Source of the DNA: Cupriavidus necator
GTDB taxonomy: Bacteria > Pseudomonadota > Gammaproteobacteria > Burkholderiales > Burkholderiaceae
Direction: 5' to 3'
NCBI RefSeq assembly: GCF_016127575.1
Contig: NZ_CP066018.1
Coordinates: forward strand, 1,200,001-1,232,000
Length of the DNA stretch: 32,000 bases
The position numbers and the translations under genes were made by a program. Shown piece by piece: positions 16,772-25,592 of the stretch. The stretch's first letter is position 1. Each line of letters begins with the position of its first letter. Under the pieces are notes generated by a model. It worked only from the letters and a program-made list of their open reading frames with translations. It was not told where the DNA came from and did no database searches.

Positions 16772-17626
16772 TTACTTGCTATAGACGTACACGCCGCGGC
16801 CAGTCTTGCGGCCCAGGTAGCCGGCAGCGACCATCTCGCGCATCAGCATCGCCGGGCGGTACTTCGGATCGGCAAACTCCGTGTACAGCACTTCCATCAC
16901 GGCCAGCATGGTGTCCAGGCCGATCATGTCAGCCAGCGCCAGCGGCCCGATCGGGTGGTTGCAGCCCAGCTTCATGCCTTCGTCGATCTCTTCCGGCGAG
17001 GCCAGGCCTTCGCCCAGCACGCAGAAGGCCTCGTTGATCATCGGGCACAGGATGCGGTTGACGACGAAGCCCGGGCTGTTCTTGACCGTGATCGGGTATT
17101 TGCCGAGCTGCTTCGACAGGGCCTCGACGGCGGCGTGGGTGGTGTCGCTGGTCTGCAGGCCGCGGATCAGTTCCACCAGCGCCATCACCGGCACCGGGTT
17201 GAAGAAGTGCATGCCGATAAAGCGGTCGGCGCGCGAGGTCACGGCAGCCAGCTTGGTGATCGAGATCGACGAGGTGTTGGACGCGATGATCACGTTCTCG
17301 CCGACGATGCCGTCGATCTGCTTGAGGATCTTGACCTTCAGGTCGTAGTTCTCGGTGGCGGCCTCGATCACGATATCGGTGGCCTTGAGATCGTCATACG
17401 AGGTGCTGCCCTTGATGCGCGCCAGCGCGCTGGCCTTGTCGGCCTCGGTCAGCTTTTCCTTCTTGATCAGACGGTCCAGGCTGCTTGCCACGGTGGCGAC
17501 ACCCTTCTGCACGGCGGCATCGCTGATGTCGACCATCACCACGTTGAGACCTACCACTGCGCAGGCCTGGGCGATGCCATTGCCCATGGTGCCGGCACCG
17601 ACGATGCCCACTGTCCTGATGCTCAT
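16772..17626 (-). CDS. paaH1: NAD-dependent (S)-3-hydroxybutyryl-CoA dehydrogenase
   Basis: 284 aa. GIVGAGTMGNGIAQ Rossmann motif. Typical HBD core (ASNTSSISIT, GMHFFNPVPVM, PGFVVNRIL). Closely resembles the Cupriavidus PaaH1 sequence as I remember it. GAGGAAG RBS. Confidence 0.9.
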   Translation of the reverse strand: MSIRTVGIVGAGTMGNGIAQACAVVGLNVVMVDISDAAVQKGVATVASSLDRLIKKEKLTEADKASALARIKGSTSYDDLKATDIVIEAATENYDLKVKILKQIDGIVGENVIIASNTSSISITKLAAVTSRADRFIGMHFFNPVPVMALVELIRGLQTSDTTHAAVEALSKQLGKYPITVKNSPGFVVNRILCPMINEAFCVLGEGLASPEEIDEGMKLGCNHPIGPLALADMIGLDTMLAVMEVLYTEFADPKYRPAMLMREMVAAGYLGRKTGRGVYVYSK

Positions 17627-17677
17627 CTTGTCTTCCTCTGCTTGGTTGGATTGCTGATTGATCGGTTCAGGCGCGGC

Positions 17678-18115
17678 TCAGGCGCCCTGCTCGCGCAGCG
17701 CGGCGATGATGCGCTGGGCATGGCCCTTGAGCTGTTCCGGGTCCTGCATCTCGCGCGCATGGCCGCGCAGCGCGCTGTCGGCATAGCGCGGCACGATATG
17801 GAAATGGACGTGCGGCACGGTCTGGCCCGCGGCCGCGCCGTTGAACTGGCCGATGGAGATGCCGTCGGGCGCAAACGCCGCGCGCACCGCGCGCGCCACG
17901 CGCTGCGTGGCGACAATGGCGGCCTGCGCGCCCTGCTCGGACAGGTCGAACAGGTTGACCGCGGCTTCCTTGGGCACCACCAGCGTATGGCCGTCGGCCT
18001 GCGGCATGATGTCCATGAAGGCGATGGTATCGTCGTCCTCGTAGACCTTGATGCACGGCAGCTCGCCGCGCAGGATCTTCGCGAAGATATTGGTCGGGTT
18101 GTACTGGGTGTCCAT
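17678..18115 (-). CDS. HIT (histidine triad) family protein
   Basis: 145 aa. Histidine triad HVHFHIVPR, and N-terminal IFAKILRGELPC typical of Hint-like proteins. Confidence 0.88.
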   Translation of the reverse strand: MDTQYNPTNIFAKILRGELPCIKVYEDDDTIAFMDIMPQADGHTLVVPKEAAVNLFDLSEQGAQAAIVATQRVARAVRAAFAPDGISIGQFNGAAAGQTVPHVHFHIVPRYADSALRGHAREMQDPEQLKGHAQRIIAALREQGA

Positions 18116-18257
18116 GATCTTTGGCTTGCGGTTGTCTCGAATACGTTTGCCGTGGCGCGGCCGCCGGCACAGCCTTCGAGTGTAACGCAGGGCGACCCCT
18201 CACTGCGGCCGCCCTGCGCGGTAATCGGGCACTGCTTGCTGCGCGGTGCCGCCGGCT

Positions 18258-21200
18258 CTACATATTGCGCCGGTACTGCCCGCCCACTTCGAACAGCGCA
18301 TGGGTGATCTGCCCCAGCGAGCAAACCCGCACCGCGTCCATCAGCACCGCAAATACGTTCTGGTTGTCGATCACCGCCTGGCGCAACTGCGCCAGCATGG
18401 CCGGCGCCTCGGCCGCGTGGGCCTGCTGGAACGCATGCAGGCGGTCGAGCTGGCTCTGCTTCTCGGCCTCGCTGGAGCGCGCCAGCTCCAGCTTCTGCGG
18501 GGTCGGGTCGCCGTCCGGGTTGCGGAACGTGTTCACGCCGATGATGGGCAGCGTGCCGTCGTGCTTGAGCTGCTCATAGTAGAGCGACTCTTCCTGGATC
18601 TTGCCGCGCTGGTAGCCGGTCTCCATCGCACCGAGCACGCCGCCGCGCTCGGCAATGCGCTCGAACTCCTGCAGCACCGCCTCTTCCACGAGGTCGGTCA
18701 GCTCCTCGATCAGGAAGCTGCCCTGGTTGGGGTTCTCGCACCTGGCCACGCCCCACTCGCGGTTGATGATCAGCTGGATCGCCAGCGCGCGGCGCACCGA
18801 CTCGCCGGTGGGCGTGGTGATGGCCTCGTCGTAGGCATTGGTATGCAGCGAATTGCAGTTGTCGTAGATCGCGATCAGCGCCTGCAGCGTGGTGCGGATA
18901 TCGTTGAAGTCGATCTCCTGCGCATGCAGCGAGCGGCCCGAAGTCTGGATGTGGTACTTCAGCTTCTGGCTGCGCTCGTTGGCGCCGTATTTGTCGCGCA
19001 TGGTCACGGCCCAGATGCGGCGCGCGACGCGGCCCAGCACGCTGTACTCCGGGTCCATGCCGTTGGAGAAGAAGAACGACAGGTTGGGCGCGAAATCGTC
19101 GATATGCATGCCGCGCGCCAGGTACGCCTCCACATAGGTGAAGCCGTTGGACAGCGTGAACGCCAGCTGCGAGATCGGGTTCGCGCCGGCCTCGGCGATG
19201 TGGTAGCCGGAGATCGACACCGAGTAGAAGTTGCGCACCTGGTGGTGGACAAAGTACTCCTGGATATCGCCCATCACCTTGAGCGAGAACTCGGTGGAGA
19301 AGATGCAGGTGTTCTGGCCCTGGTCTTCCTTGAGAATGTCGGCCTGCACCGTGCCGCGCACGTTCTGCAGCACCCAGGCGCGGATCTTGGCTTCTTCGTC
19401 GGCGGTGGGCTCGCGCTGGTTGTCGGCGCGGAACTTGTCGAGCTGCTGGTCGATGGCGGTGTTCATGAACATCGCCAAAATGGTCGGGGCCGGGCCGTTG
19501 ATGGTCATCGACACCGAGGTGCTCGGGCTGGTCAGGTCGAAGCCGTCGTACAGCACCTTCATGTCGTCGAGCGTGGCGATCGACACGCCGGAGTTGCCGA
19601 CCTTGCCGTAGATGTCCGGACGCACATGCGGGTCTTCGCCATACAGCGTGACCGAGTCGAACGCGGTCGACAGCCGCTTGGCATCCATACCTTCGGACAC
19701 CAGCTTGAAGCGCCGGTTGGTGCGGAAGGCATCGCCCTCGCCGGCGAACATGCGGGTGGGGTCTTCGTTCTCGCGCTTGAAGGCGAACACGCCGGCGGTG
19801 TACGGGAAGCTGCCGGGAACGTTCTCGCGCATCAGCCACTTCAGCACCTCGCCGTCGTCCTCGAAGCGCGGCAGCACCACCTTGCGCACCTTGGTGCCGG
19901 ACAGCGTGGTCGTAACCAGCCCGGTGCGGATCTCCCGGTCGCGGATTTTCACTACGTACTCGTCGCCGCTGTAGGCTTCGCGCATCTGCGGCCACATCGC
20001 CAGCAGCTTGCGCTCGACCTGACCGAGGGCGCTGTCGCGCTCCGCCGCCAGCGCATCCAGCGCCGCGCCATCGCCTTGCGCGGCCTGCACCATGCGGCTC
20101 GATTCACGCAGTTGCTGGCGCTCGCGTGCAATGCGGCTCTGCTCCATCACGCGGCGGTGGTAGCCGCGCACCGTGTCTGCCAGTTCCGCCAGGTAGCGGC
20201 TGCGCGCCGGCGGCACGATCACATTCTGGCCGGTGGAGATGCGCCCCGCCTGCGCCGGCAGCACGCCCGGCTGCAGCTTCAGGCCGCGTTCGGCCAGCGC
20301 CGCGCGCAGCCCCTGGTACAGCATGGTCACGCCATCGTCATTGAAGCGCGACGCCTGCGTGCCGTAGACCGGCATGTCCTCGGCCTTGCCGTGCCATTGC
20401 TCGCGGTTGCGCTGCACCTGCTTGGCCACGTCGCGCCACGCGTCCTGCGCGCCCTTGCGGTCGAACTTGTTGATGGCGACGAAGTCGGCAAAGTCCAGCA
20501 TGTCGATCTTCTCGAGCTGGCTGGCCGCGCCGAACTCGGGCGTCATCACATAGAGCGACAGATCCACGTGCGGCACGATGGCCGCGTCGCCCTGGCCGAT
20601 GCCCGAGGTCTCGACGATCACCAGGTCGAAGCCCGCCACCTTGCACGCGGCGATCACGTCCGGCAGCGCCTGCGAGATCTCGGAGCCAGCCTCGCGCGTG
20701 GCCAGCGAGCGCATGAAGATGTTCGGGTGGTTGATCGCGTTCATGCGGATGCGGTCGCCCAGCAGCGCGCCGCCCGACTTGCGCCGCGACGGGTCGATCG
20801 AGATCACGGCGATCGACAGCGCATCCTGCTGGTCGAGGCGGAAGCGGCGGATCAGTTCGTCGGTCAGTGAAGACTTGCCGGCGCCGCCGGTGCCGGTGAT
20901 GCCGAGCACCGGGATCGATGCCGCTGCCGCTTGCGCATGCATCGCCTGCACCAGCGCCGGATCGGCCTTGCCGTTCTCCAGCGCGGTAATCAGCTGGGCC
21001 AGCGCGCGGCGGTCGCCGCCGGTGACGGGTTCGAGCGAGGCCGGCGCATAGCGCGACAGGTCGATGTCGCAGCGCTGCACCATATCTGCAATCATGCCGG
21101 CCAGGCCCATGCGCTGGCCGTCCTCGGGGCTGAAGATGCGCGCCACGCCGTAGGCCTGCAGCTCGCGGATCTCGTCCGGCACGATCACGCCGCCACCGCC

Positions 21201-21548
21201 GCCAAAGACCTGCACGTGCTCGCCGCCCTTCTCGCGCAGCAAGTCGACCATGTACTTGAAATATTCGACATGGCCGCCCTGGTAGCTGGAAATCGCGATG
21301 CCCTGCGCGTCTTCCTGCAGCGCCGCCGTCACCACTTCCTCGACCGAGCGGTTGTGGCCGAGGTGGACCACCTCGCAGCCATGCGACTGCAGGATGCGGC
21401 GCATGATGTTGATCGAGGCGTCATGGCCATCGAACAGCGACGCCGCCGTGACAAAGCGCACCTTGTTGACCGGACCGCGGCCTTGCGCGGTGGGCTTGGG
21501 CTGGGGCGCACCGCGGCGCACATCATGCACATCGGAAAGGTCGGTCAT
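18258..21548 (-). CDS. icmF: fused isobutyryl-CoA mutase IcmF (B12-binding domain + MeaB-like G-protein chaperone + mutase substrate barrel)
   Basis: 1096 aa. N-terminal B12 domain ([13 protein letters not shown]). G-domain ([40 protein letters not shown]). C-terminal acyl-CoA mutase barrel ([27 protein letters not shown]). ATG at 21548 preceded by GGAGA. Confidence 0.92.
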   Translation of the reverse strand: MTDLSDVHDVRRGAPQPKPTAQGRGPVNKVRFVTAASLFDGHDASINIMRRILQSHGCEVVHLGHNRSVEEVVTAALQEDAQGIAISSYQGGHVEYFKYMVDLLREKGGEHVQVFGGGGGVIVPDEIRELQAYGVARIFSPEDGQRMGLAGMIADMVQRCDIDLSRYAPASLEPVTGGDRRALAQLITALENGKADPALVQAMHAQAAAASIPVLGITGTGGAGKSSLTDELIRRFRLDQQDALSIAVISIDPSRRKSGGALLGDRIRMNAINHPNIFMRSLATREAGSEISQALPDVIAACKVAGFDLVIVETSGIGQGDAAIVPHVDLSLYVMTPEFGAASQLEKIDMLDFADFVAINKFDRKGAQDAWRDVAKQVQRNREQWHGKAEDMPVYGTQASRFNDDGVTMLYQGLRAALAERGLKLQPGVLPAQAGRISTGQNVIVPPARSRYLAELADTVRGYHRRVMEQSRIARERQQLRESSRMVQAAQGDGAALDALAAERDSALGQVERKLLAMWPQMREAYSGDEYVVKIRDREIRTGLVTTTLSGTKVRKVVLPRFEDDGEVLKWLMRENVPGSFPYTAGVFAFKRENEDPTRMFAGEGDAFRTNRRFKLVSEGMDAKRLSTAFDSVTLYGEDPHVRPDIYGKVGNSGVSIATLDDMKVLYDGFDLTSPSTSVSMTINGPAPTILAMFMNTAIDQQLDKFRADNQREPTADEEAKIRAWVLQNVRGTVQADILKEDQGQNTCIFSTEFSLKVMGDIQEYFVHHQVRNFYSVSISGYHIAEAGANPISQLAFTLSNGFTYVEAYLARGMHIDDFAPNLSFFFSNGMDPEYSVLGRVARRIWAVTMRDKYGANERSQKLKYHIQTSGRSLHAQEIDFNDIRTTLQALIAIYDNCNSLHTNAYDEAITTPTGESVRRALAIQLIINREWGVARCENPNQGSFLIEELTDLVEEAVLQEFERIAERGGVLGAMETGYQRGKIQEESLYYEQLKHDGTLPIIGVNTFRNPDGDPTPQKLELARSSEAEKQSQLDRLHAFQQAHAAEAPAMLAQLRQAVIDNQNVFAVLMDAVRVCSLGQITHALFEVGGQYRRNM

Positions 21549-21659
21549 TGTCTCCACCGTCTGTGGTGTTGGCTGCCACCGCGGCGTGCGCCTGAAGTAC
21601 CGCTCTGTGCCGGCTTGGCCGCAAACGCGCGGGCTGCGCCCCCGGGTCGGGGCCGATCG

Positions 21660-21687
21660 ATTATATGACGTTGACGTTAACGTAAAG
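21660..21687 (-). promoter_or_regulatory. putative icmF promoter -10 (TATAAT on minus strand) overlapped by GACGTT tandem repeat / ACGTTAACGT palindrome
   Basis: Plus-strand ATTATA at 21660-21665 reads TATAAT on the minus strand. GACGTT GACGTT at 21667-21678. Perfect 10-bp palindrome ACGTTAACGT at 21674-21683. This is the only AT-rich island in the region, ~112 nt upstream of the icmF ATG. Confidence 0.4.
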
Positions 21688-21780
21688 CAATGGGGCGGAA
21701 CCCCGAGCCCGGCGTGCATGGGACGGGGCTGTCCCTATAGAGTAGGCGCCCGCGGCAGGCGCCGCGCAAGCATCCGGGCA

Positions 21781-21805
21781 AACAAAAGGCCACCCTCAGG
21801 TGGCC
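21781..21805 (-). terminator. Rho-independent terminator after the DUF2917-like gene
   Basis: Minus strand: GGCCACC-TGAG-GGTGGCC followed by TTTTGTT. Lies 27 nt after the stop at 21832. Confidence 0.7.
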
Positions 21806-21831
21806 GTTCCGGCAAAGCTTGAGTGGTCCGC

Positions 21832-22170
21832 TCAGGCCCAGATCCTGGGGCACTCCCCGAACGCATCCGTGCTGTGCTCCTCCACCCGGTGCCGCATCGC
21901 CCGCAGCCACGCCACCAGCCGCCGCAGCGACCACGGCGCCGGCACCTGTGCCAGCGTAAAGCGCGCGCCCGCGCCATCGCCCGACAGCCACACCCGGTAG
22001 CCCTCCGGCAACGCCAGCTCAGTGCCCGGCTCCAGCCAGATGTCGTTGGGACTGCCTTCCACCGTCACCCACAACTTGCCCGCCACCGCGCAGACGGTCT
22101 GCCCGTAACCGGCGCGCCAGCTCACTGGCAGCCCAGGCTCGTCCAGCTCGAAAGTCCGTAGTTCGCGCAT
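21832..22170 (-). CDS. small DUF2917-like (cupin-like beta-barrel) protein
   Basis: 112 aa from the ATG at 22170, which has a GAGGAG RBS. Motif AGKLWVTVEGSPNDIWLEPGTELALPEG resembles DUF2917 as I recall it. Divergent from a MocR regulator. The track start at 22275 has no spaced RBS. Confidence 0.6.
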   Translation of the reverse strand: MRELRTFELDEPGLPVSWRAGYGQTVCAVAGKLWVTVEGSPNDIWLEPGTELALPEGYRVWLSGDGAGARFTLAQVPAPWSLRRLVAWLRAMRHRVEEHSTDAFGECPRIWA

Positions 22171-22292
22171 GTCCCACTCCTCATAGCCGGCGGTCGCGTC
22201 CGGCGCCGGCCCCCGTGGATGCCGAATGATCACGGTAGCCGGCGCCTTCCTCCGCCACGCTTCCATTATTCGCATCCCTCACTACAATCCCA

Positions 22293-22346
22293 TGTACAGT
22301 TGTGAACAGTTTTCGATGAACTGTTCAGTAGTTTTCCCTGACAGTT
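22293..22346. promoter_or_regulatory. cluster of ACAGTT repeats and an 8-bp inverted repeat (MocR-type operator candidate)
   Basis: ACAGTT at 22296-22301, 22306-22311 and 22341-22346. Perfect inverted repeat GAACAGTT-N7-AACTGTTC at 22304-22326. AT-rich divergent promoter region. Confidence 0.5.
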
Positions 22347-22394
22347 GTCGCTTGTAGCGATCTGCGCCTACCGGCTTCCCCCGGCTGCCTGCCC

Positions 22395-23801
22395 ATGAAA
22401 CTAATCTTAGATGCTTCCACCGGAATTCCACTGACCGAGCAGATCGTTGCCGGCGTGAAAGCGTGGATCGGCAACCGCGAAGCACGGCCCGGCGCACGCC
22501 TGCCGTCAATCCGGCAGTTGGCGGCGGAGAACGGCATCAGCCGCTTCCCGGTGATCGAAGCCTATGACCGGCTGGTATCGCAGGGGCTGCTGGATTCGCG
22601 CCAGGGTTCGGGCTTCTATGTGGCGGACAGCCCGCTGGCGGGGCGCTCGGCGTGCGGATGGTCCGATCCGAGCCTGGCCGAGGATCTTTCCGACCACATC
22701 CTCGAGCAGTTCAACCACCCCAGCGGCACGCTCAAGCTGGCCGGGGGCTTCGTGCCGGAGACCTGGCGCGACGTCGAGGGGCTGACGCAGGCGATCCGCG
22801 CGATCTCGCGCAATGAGATCGACAGCGTGATCCACTACGCCACGCCGATGGGGCATCCGGAACTGCGTCGCCAGGTGTTGCTGCGCGTGCGCCAGCTGGG
22901 CATCGCCGCCGAACTGCCGCAAGTGCTGATCACCACCGGTGCCAGCCAGGCGCTGGACCTGGTGGTACGCCATCTGCTCAAGCCCGGCGATACCGTGTTC
23001 GTGGAAGATCCCGGCTACTACAACCTGTTCGGCCTGCTGCGGCTGCATGGGGTGCAGCTGGTGGGCGTGCCGCACACGGCCAACGGCCCCGACCCGGACG
23101 CCACCGAGGCGCTGCTGCGCCAGCACAAGCCCAAGCTGTTCTTCACCAACAGCGTGCTGCAGAACCCGACCGGATCGACGCTGGCGCCGCCGGTGGCATT
23201 CCGGCTGCTGGAGCTGGCGCGCCGGCATGGCTTCCGCTTTGTCGAGGACGATATCTTCTCGGACTTCCAGACCCACTTCACCGACCGGCTGGCCACGCTG
23301 GACCAGCTTGAGCACGTGATCTACATCGGCGGCTTTTCCAAGACGGTGTCGGCCTCGCTGCGGGTCGGCTACCTGGTGGCGGACAAGGCGCTGGTCAAGG
23401 ACCTGGTCGATGTGAAGGTGCTGACCAGCGTGGCCGGTTCGCACTTCGCGGAAGCAGTCACGGCGGCGCTGCTGGAGCGCGGCGGCTACCGCAAGTATGT
23501 GGAGCGGCTGCGCCTGCGCGTGCGCGAGGCCTGCGCCAATGCCGTGCGGCAACTGACCGGCAACGGCTGGGAGGTGTTCTGCCAGCCGTCCGGCGGCAAC
23601 TTCCTGTGGGCGCGCCCGCCCGGCATCGAGGATTCGCGCGAACTGGTGACGCTGGGCGAGGAATACGGCGTGACGCTGGCCCCAGGCAACTACTTCCGCC
23701 CGGGCGGCGAGACCTCGGCATGGATCCGGATCAACGCCGCCTATGCCAACGAGCCGCGCGCGGTGGCCTTCATGAAGGCCGCGGCCGGGCGCGGCGGCTG
23801 A
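22395..23801 (+). CDS. MocR/GabR-subfamily GntR transcriptional regulator (wHTH + PLP aminotransferase-like domain)
   Basis: 468 aa. GntR HTH (LPSIRQLAAENGISRFPVIEAYDRLVSQGLL). Fold-type-I aminotransferase-like C-terminal domain (FVEDPGYYNL, YIGGFSKTVSASLRVGY). Confidence 0.9.
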   Translation: MKLILDASTGIPLTEQIVAGVKAWIGNREARPGARLPSIRQLAAENGISRFPVIEAYDRLVSQGLLDSRQGSGFYVADSPLAGRSACGWSDPSLAEDLSDHILEQFNHPSGTLKLAGGFVPETWRDVEGLTQAIRAISRNEIDSVIHYATPMGHPELRRQVLLRVRQLGIAAELPQVLITTGASQALDLVVRHLLKPGDTVFVEDPGYYNLFGLLRLHGVQLVGVPHTANGPDPDATEALLRQHKPKLFFTNSVLQNPTGSTLAPPVAFRLLELARRHGFRFVEDDIFSDFQTHFTDRLATLDQLEHVIYIGGFSKTVSASLRVGYLVADKALVKDLVDVKVLTSVAGSHFAEAVTAALLERGGYRKYVERLRLRVREACANAVRQLTGNGWEVFCQPSGGNFLWARPPGIEDSRELVTLGEEYGVTLAPGNYFRPGGETSAWIRINAAYANEPRAVAFMKAAAGRGG

Positions 23802-23807
23802 AGGCGC

Positions 23808-25205
23808 TCAGCCGCCGTGGTTATGCAGCACGGCATTACGCCGCGCGTAGCCGAAGTAGATCACCAGCCCCACCGACAGCCACACGAGGAAGGCAATCCA
23901 GGTCAGCGCCTGCAGATGCGCCATCAGGAACAGGCAGAAGCCGATCGACAGCAGCGGTACCACCGGCACGCCCGGGCAGCGGAATGCGCGCGGCAGTTCC
24001 GGGCGCGTCTTGCGCAGCACCAGCACCGCCACCGAGATCAGCGTGAAGGCCGCCAGCGTACCGATATTGATCAGCTCGGCCAGCACGTTCAGCGGCACGA
24101 AGGCGGCAATCGCGGCAAACACGATGCCGACGATCCAGGTGGCGAAATACGGCGTGGCATGCACCGGGTGCACGGATGACAGCCGCTCTGGCAGCAGGCC
24201 GTCGCGCGACATCGCAAAGATCACGCGGGTCTGGCCGTAGGTCATCACCAAGATCACCGTGGTCATGCCCAGGATCGCGCCCAGGTCGACAAAGCCCGCC
24301 ACCCAGTTCTGGCCCGCGAACTGCAGCGCCAGTGAGACCGGGTGGTCCACGCCGGCAAACTTCGCGAACGGCACGATGCCGGTCATGATGGCGGCCACCA
24401 CCACATACAGCACCGTGCACACCGCCAGCGAACCGATGATGCCGATCGGCAGGTCGCGGCGCGGGTTGCGCACCTCTTCCGCGGCAGAGGTCACCGCGTC
24501 GAAGCCGATAAAGGCAAAGAACACCAGCGCCGCCGCATTGAAGATGCCGGCAAAGCCGAATGGCGCGAACGGCTGCCAGTTGGCCGGCTGCACATGCCAC
24601 ACGCCCACCGCGATAAACAGCAGCACCACGCCGATCTTGACCGCCACCATCAGGTTGTTGATGCGCGTGGATTCGCGCACGCCGTACGACACTACCCAGG
24701 TGATGGCCAGCATGATCAGGCACGCCGGCAGGTTCAGCATGGACTTCACCCCCGGCACCGAGCCTGGCGCCGCGGTCAGCGCCGCCGGCAGTTTCAGCCC
24801 GAAGCCCGCCATCAGCGACTGGAAGTAGCCCGACCACCCCACCGACACGGCGGACGTGGCCAGCCCGTATTCCAGCAGCAGGTCCCAGCCGATCATCCAC
24901 GCGACGATCTCGCCCAGCGTGGCATAGCTGTAGGTATAGATCGATCCCGACACCGGGATCGCCGAGGCAAACTCCGCGTAGCACAGCGCGGCAAAGCCGC
25001 ACGCCAGCGCCGCGATCACGAACGACACCGTCAGCGCCGGCCCCGCGGTCAGCGCGCCGGTGCCGGTCAGCACGAAAATGCCGGTGCCGATGATGGCGCC
25101 GATGCCCATCATCACCAGGTCGGTTGGACCCAGCACCTTCTTCAGGCCGTCATCGCGCGCGACGGCCAGCATCGCGTCGATGTCCTTGGTGCGGAACAAG
25201 CTCAT
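23808..25205 (-). CDS. APC-superfamily amino acid permease
   Basis: 465 aa, ~12 TM. N-terminal consensus GPTDLVMMGIGAIIGTGIFVLTG and FIGFDAVTSAAEEVRNPRRDLPIGI, typical of the AAT/CAT-type families. GGAG RBS. Confidence 0.9.
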   Translation of the reverse strand: MSLFRTKDIDAMLAVARDDGLKKVLGPTDLVMMGIGAIIGTGIFVLTGTGALTAGPALTVSFVIAALACGFAALCYAEFASAIPVSGSIYTYSYATLGEIVAWMIGWDLLLEYGLATSAVSVGWSGYFQSLMAGFGLKLPAALTAAPGSVPGVKSMLNLPACLIMLAITWVVSYGVRESTRINNLMVAVKIGVVLLFIAVGVWHVQPANWQPFAPFGFAGIFNAAALVFFAFIGFDAVTSAAEEVRNPRRDLPIGIIGSLAVCTVLYVVVAAIMTGIVPFAKFAGVDHPVSLALQFAGQNWVAGFVDLGAILGMTTVILVMTYGQTRVIFAMSRDGLLPERLSSVHPVHATPYFATWIVGIVFAAIAAFVPLNVLAELINIGTLAAFTLISVAVLVLRKTRPELPRAFRCPGVPVVPLLSIGFCLFLMAHLQALTWIAFLVWLSVGLVIYFGYARRNAVLHNHGG

Positions 25206-25381
25206 TCAGACTCCATGCAACTGTGGCCGGGCACGCGGCGGCAAGCCGCGCGGGCCCGGAAAAAGGGCGGTAGTTTACGCCCGCCGCGGCGCGAAGGCGT
25301 CACATTGCGCGCCCGCGCGCGGCAGGCACGTCATCGAATGATAGAAAAGGCCAGGCTGGCCGGCACTGACCGCAGGCAAAG

Positions 25382-25585
25382 TCAGCCGCCGCAGCCGGGC
25401 GCCGACAGGATGCCGTCCACGCGCGCCAGGGCGGCGGCAAGCGGATCGAGCGCCAGCAGTGCAGCGCCGGCAAGGGCCAGTGCCGCCAGCGCTGCAATCC
25501 TCGCGCGCAGCGGCCACGGCCCCGCCAGGGCCGCCAGCCCCAGCGGGGCGAGAGCCGCGCAGGCAAGAAGGAGCCGCGGCAGCAT
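25382..25585 (-). CDS. hypothetical small hydrophobic protein (67 aa)
   Basis: ATG lies 7 nt after the MFS stop. Two predicted Ala/Leu-rich helices; C-terminus SAPGCGG. GC3 ~85% in this frame. No recognisable family. Confidence 0.35.
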   Translation of the reverse strand: MLPRLLLACAALAPLGLAALAGPWPLRARIAALAALALAGAALLALDPLAAALARVDGILSAPGCGG

Positions 25586-25592
25586 CGGCACT

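Noticed and set aside
16108-16784. Plus-strand ORFs (187 and 190 aa) overlapping the His-rich gene region
   Set aside because: They are opposite-strand readings of the repetitive His-codon tract (giving V/M/T/A or D/R/G repeats) and run across a terminator and an intergenic region. The minus-strand frame has a signal peptide and a coherent architecture.
18246-20870. An 874-aa plus-strand ORF. Similar long shadow ORFs occur at 28316-31327, 24342-26882, 2670-4529, 1010-2350, 6236-7564 and 16760-18307, and the upstream part of 4832-6193 is another.
   Set aside because: Each lies antisense to, or out of frame with, a gene that has strong family motifs. The products are Arg/Ala/Gly/His-rich with no recognisable motifs. 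This is the typical GC-rich shadow-ORF artefact.
21549-21780. A cobalamin riboswitch, expected upstream of the B12-dependent icmF
   Set aside because: Reading the minus-strand leader, I found no B12-box-like consensus and none of the conserved flanking helices. Only generic GC hairpins are present. A covariance-model scan would be needed for certainty.
21832-22275. Longer 147-aa version of the DUF2917-like ORF, and likewise the extended track starts of other genes (953, 7945, 21719, 26761, 31807, 13214)
   Set aside because: The upstream extensions lack spaced RBSs. They overlap neighbouring genes, terminators or promoters, and they are Arg/Pro/Ala-rich. Internal ATG or GTG codons with good Shine-Dalgarno sequences give N-termini that match the family norms.
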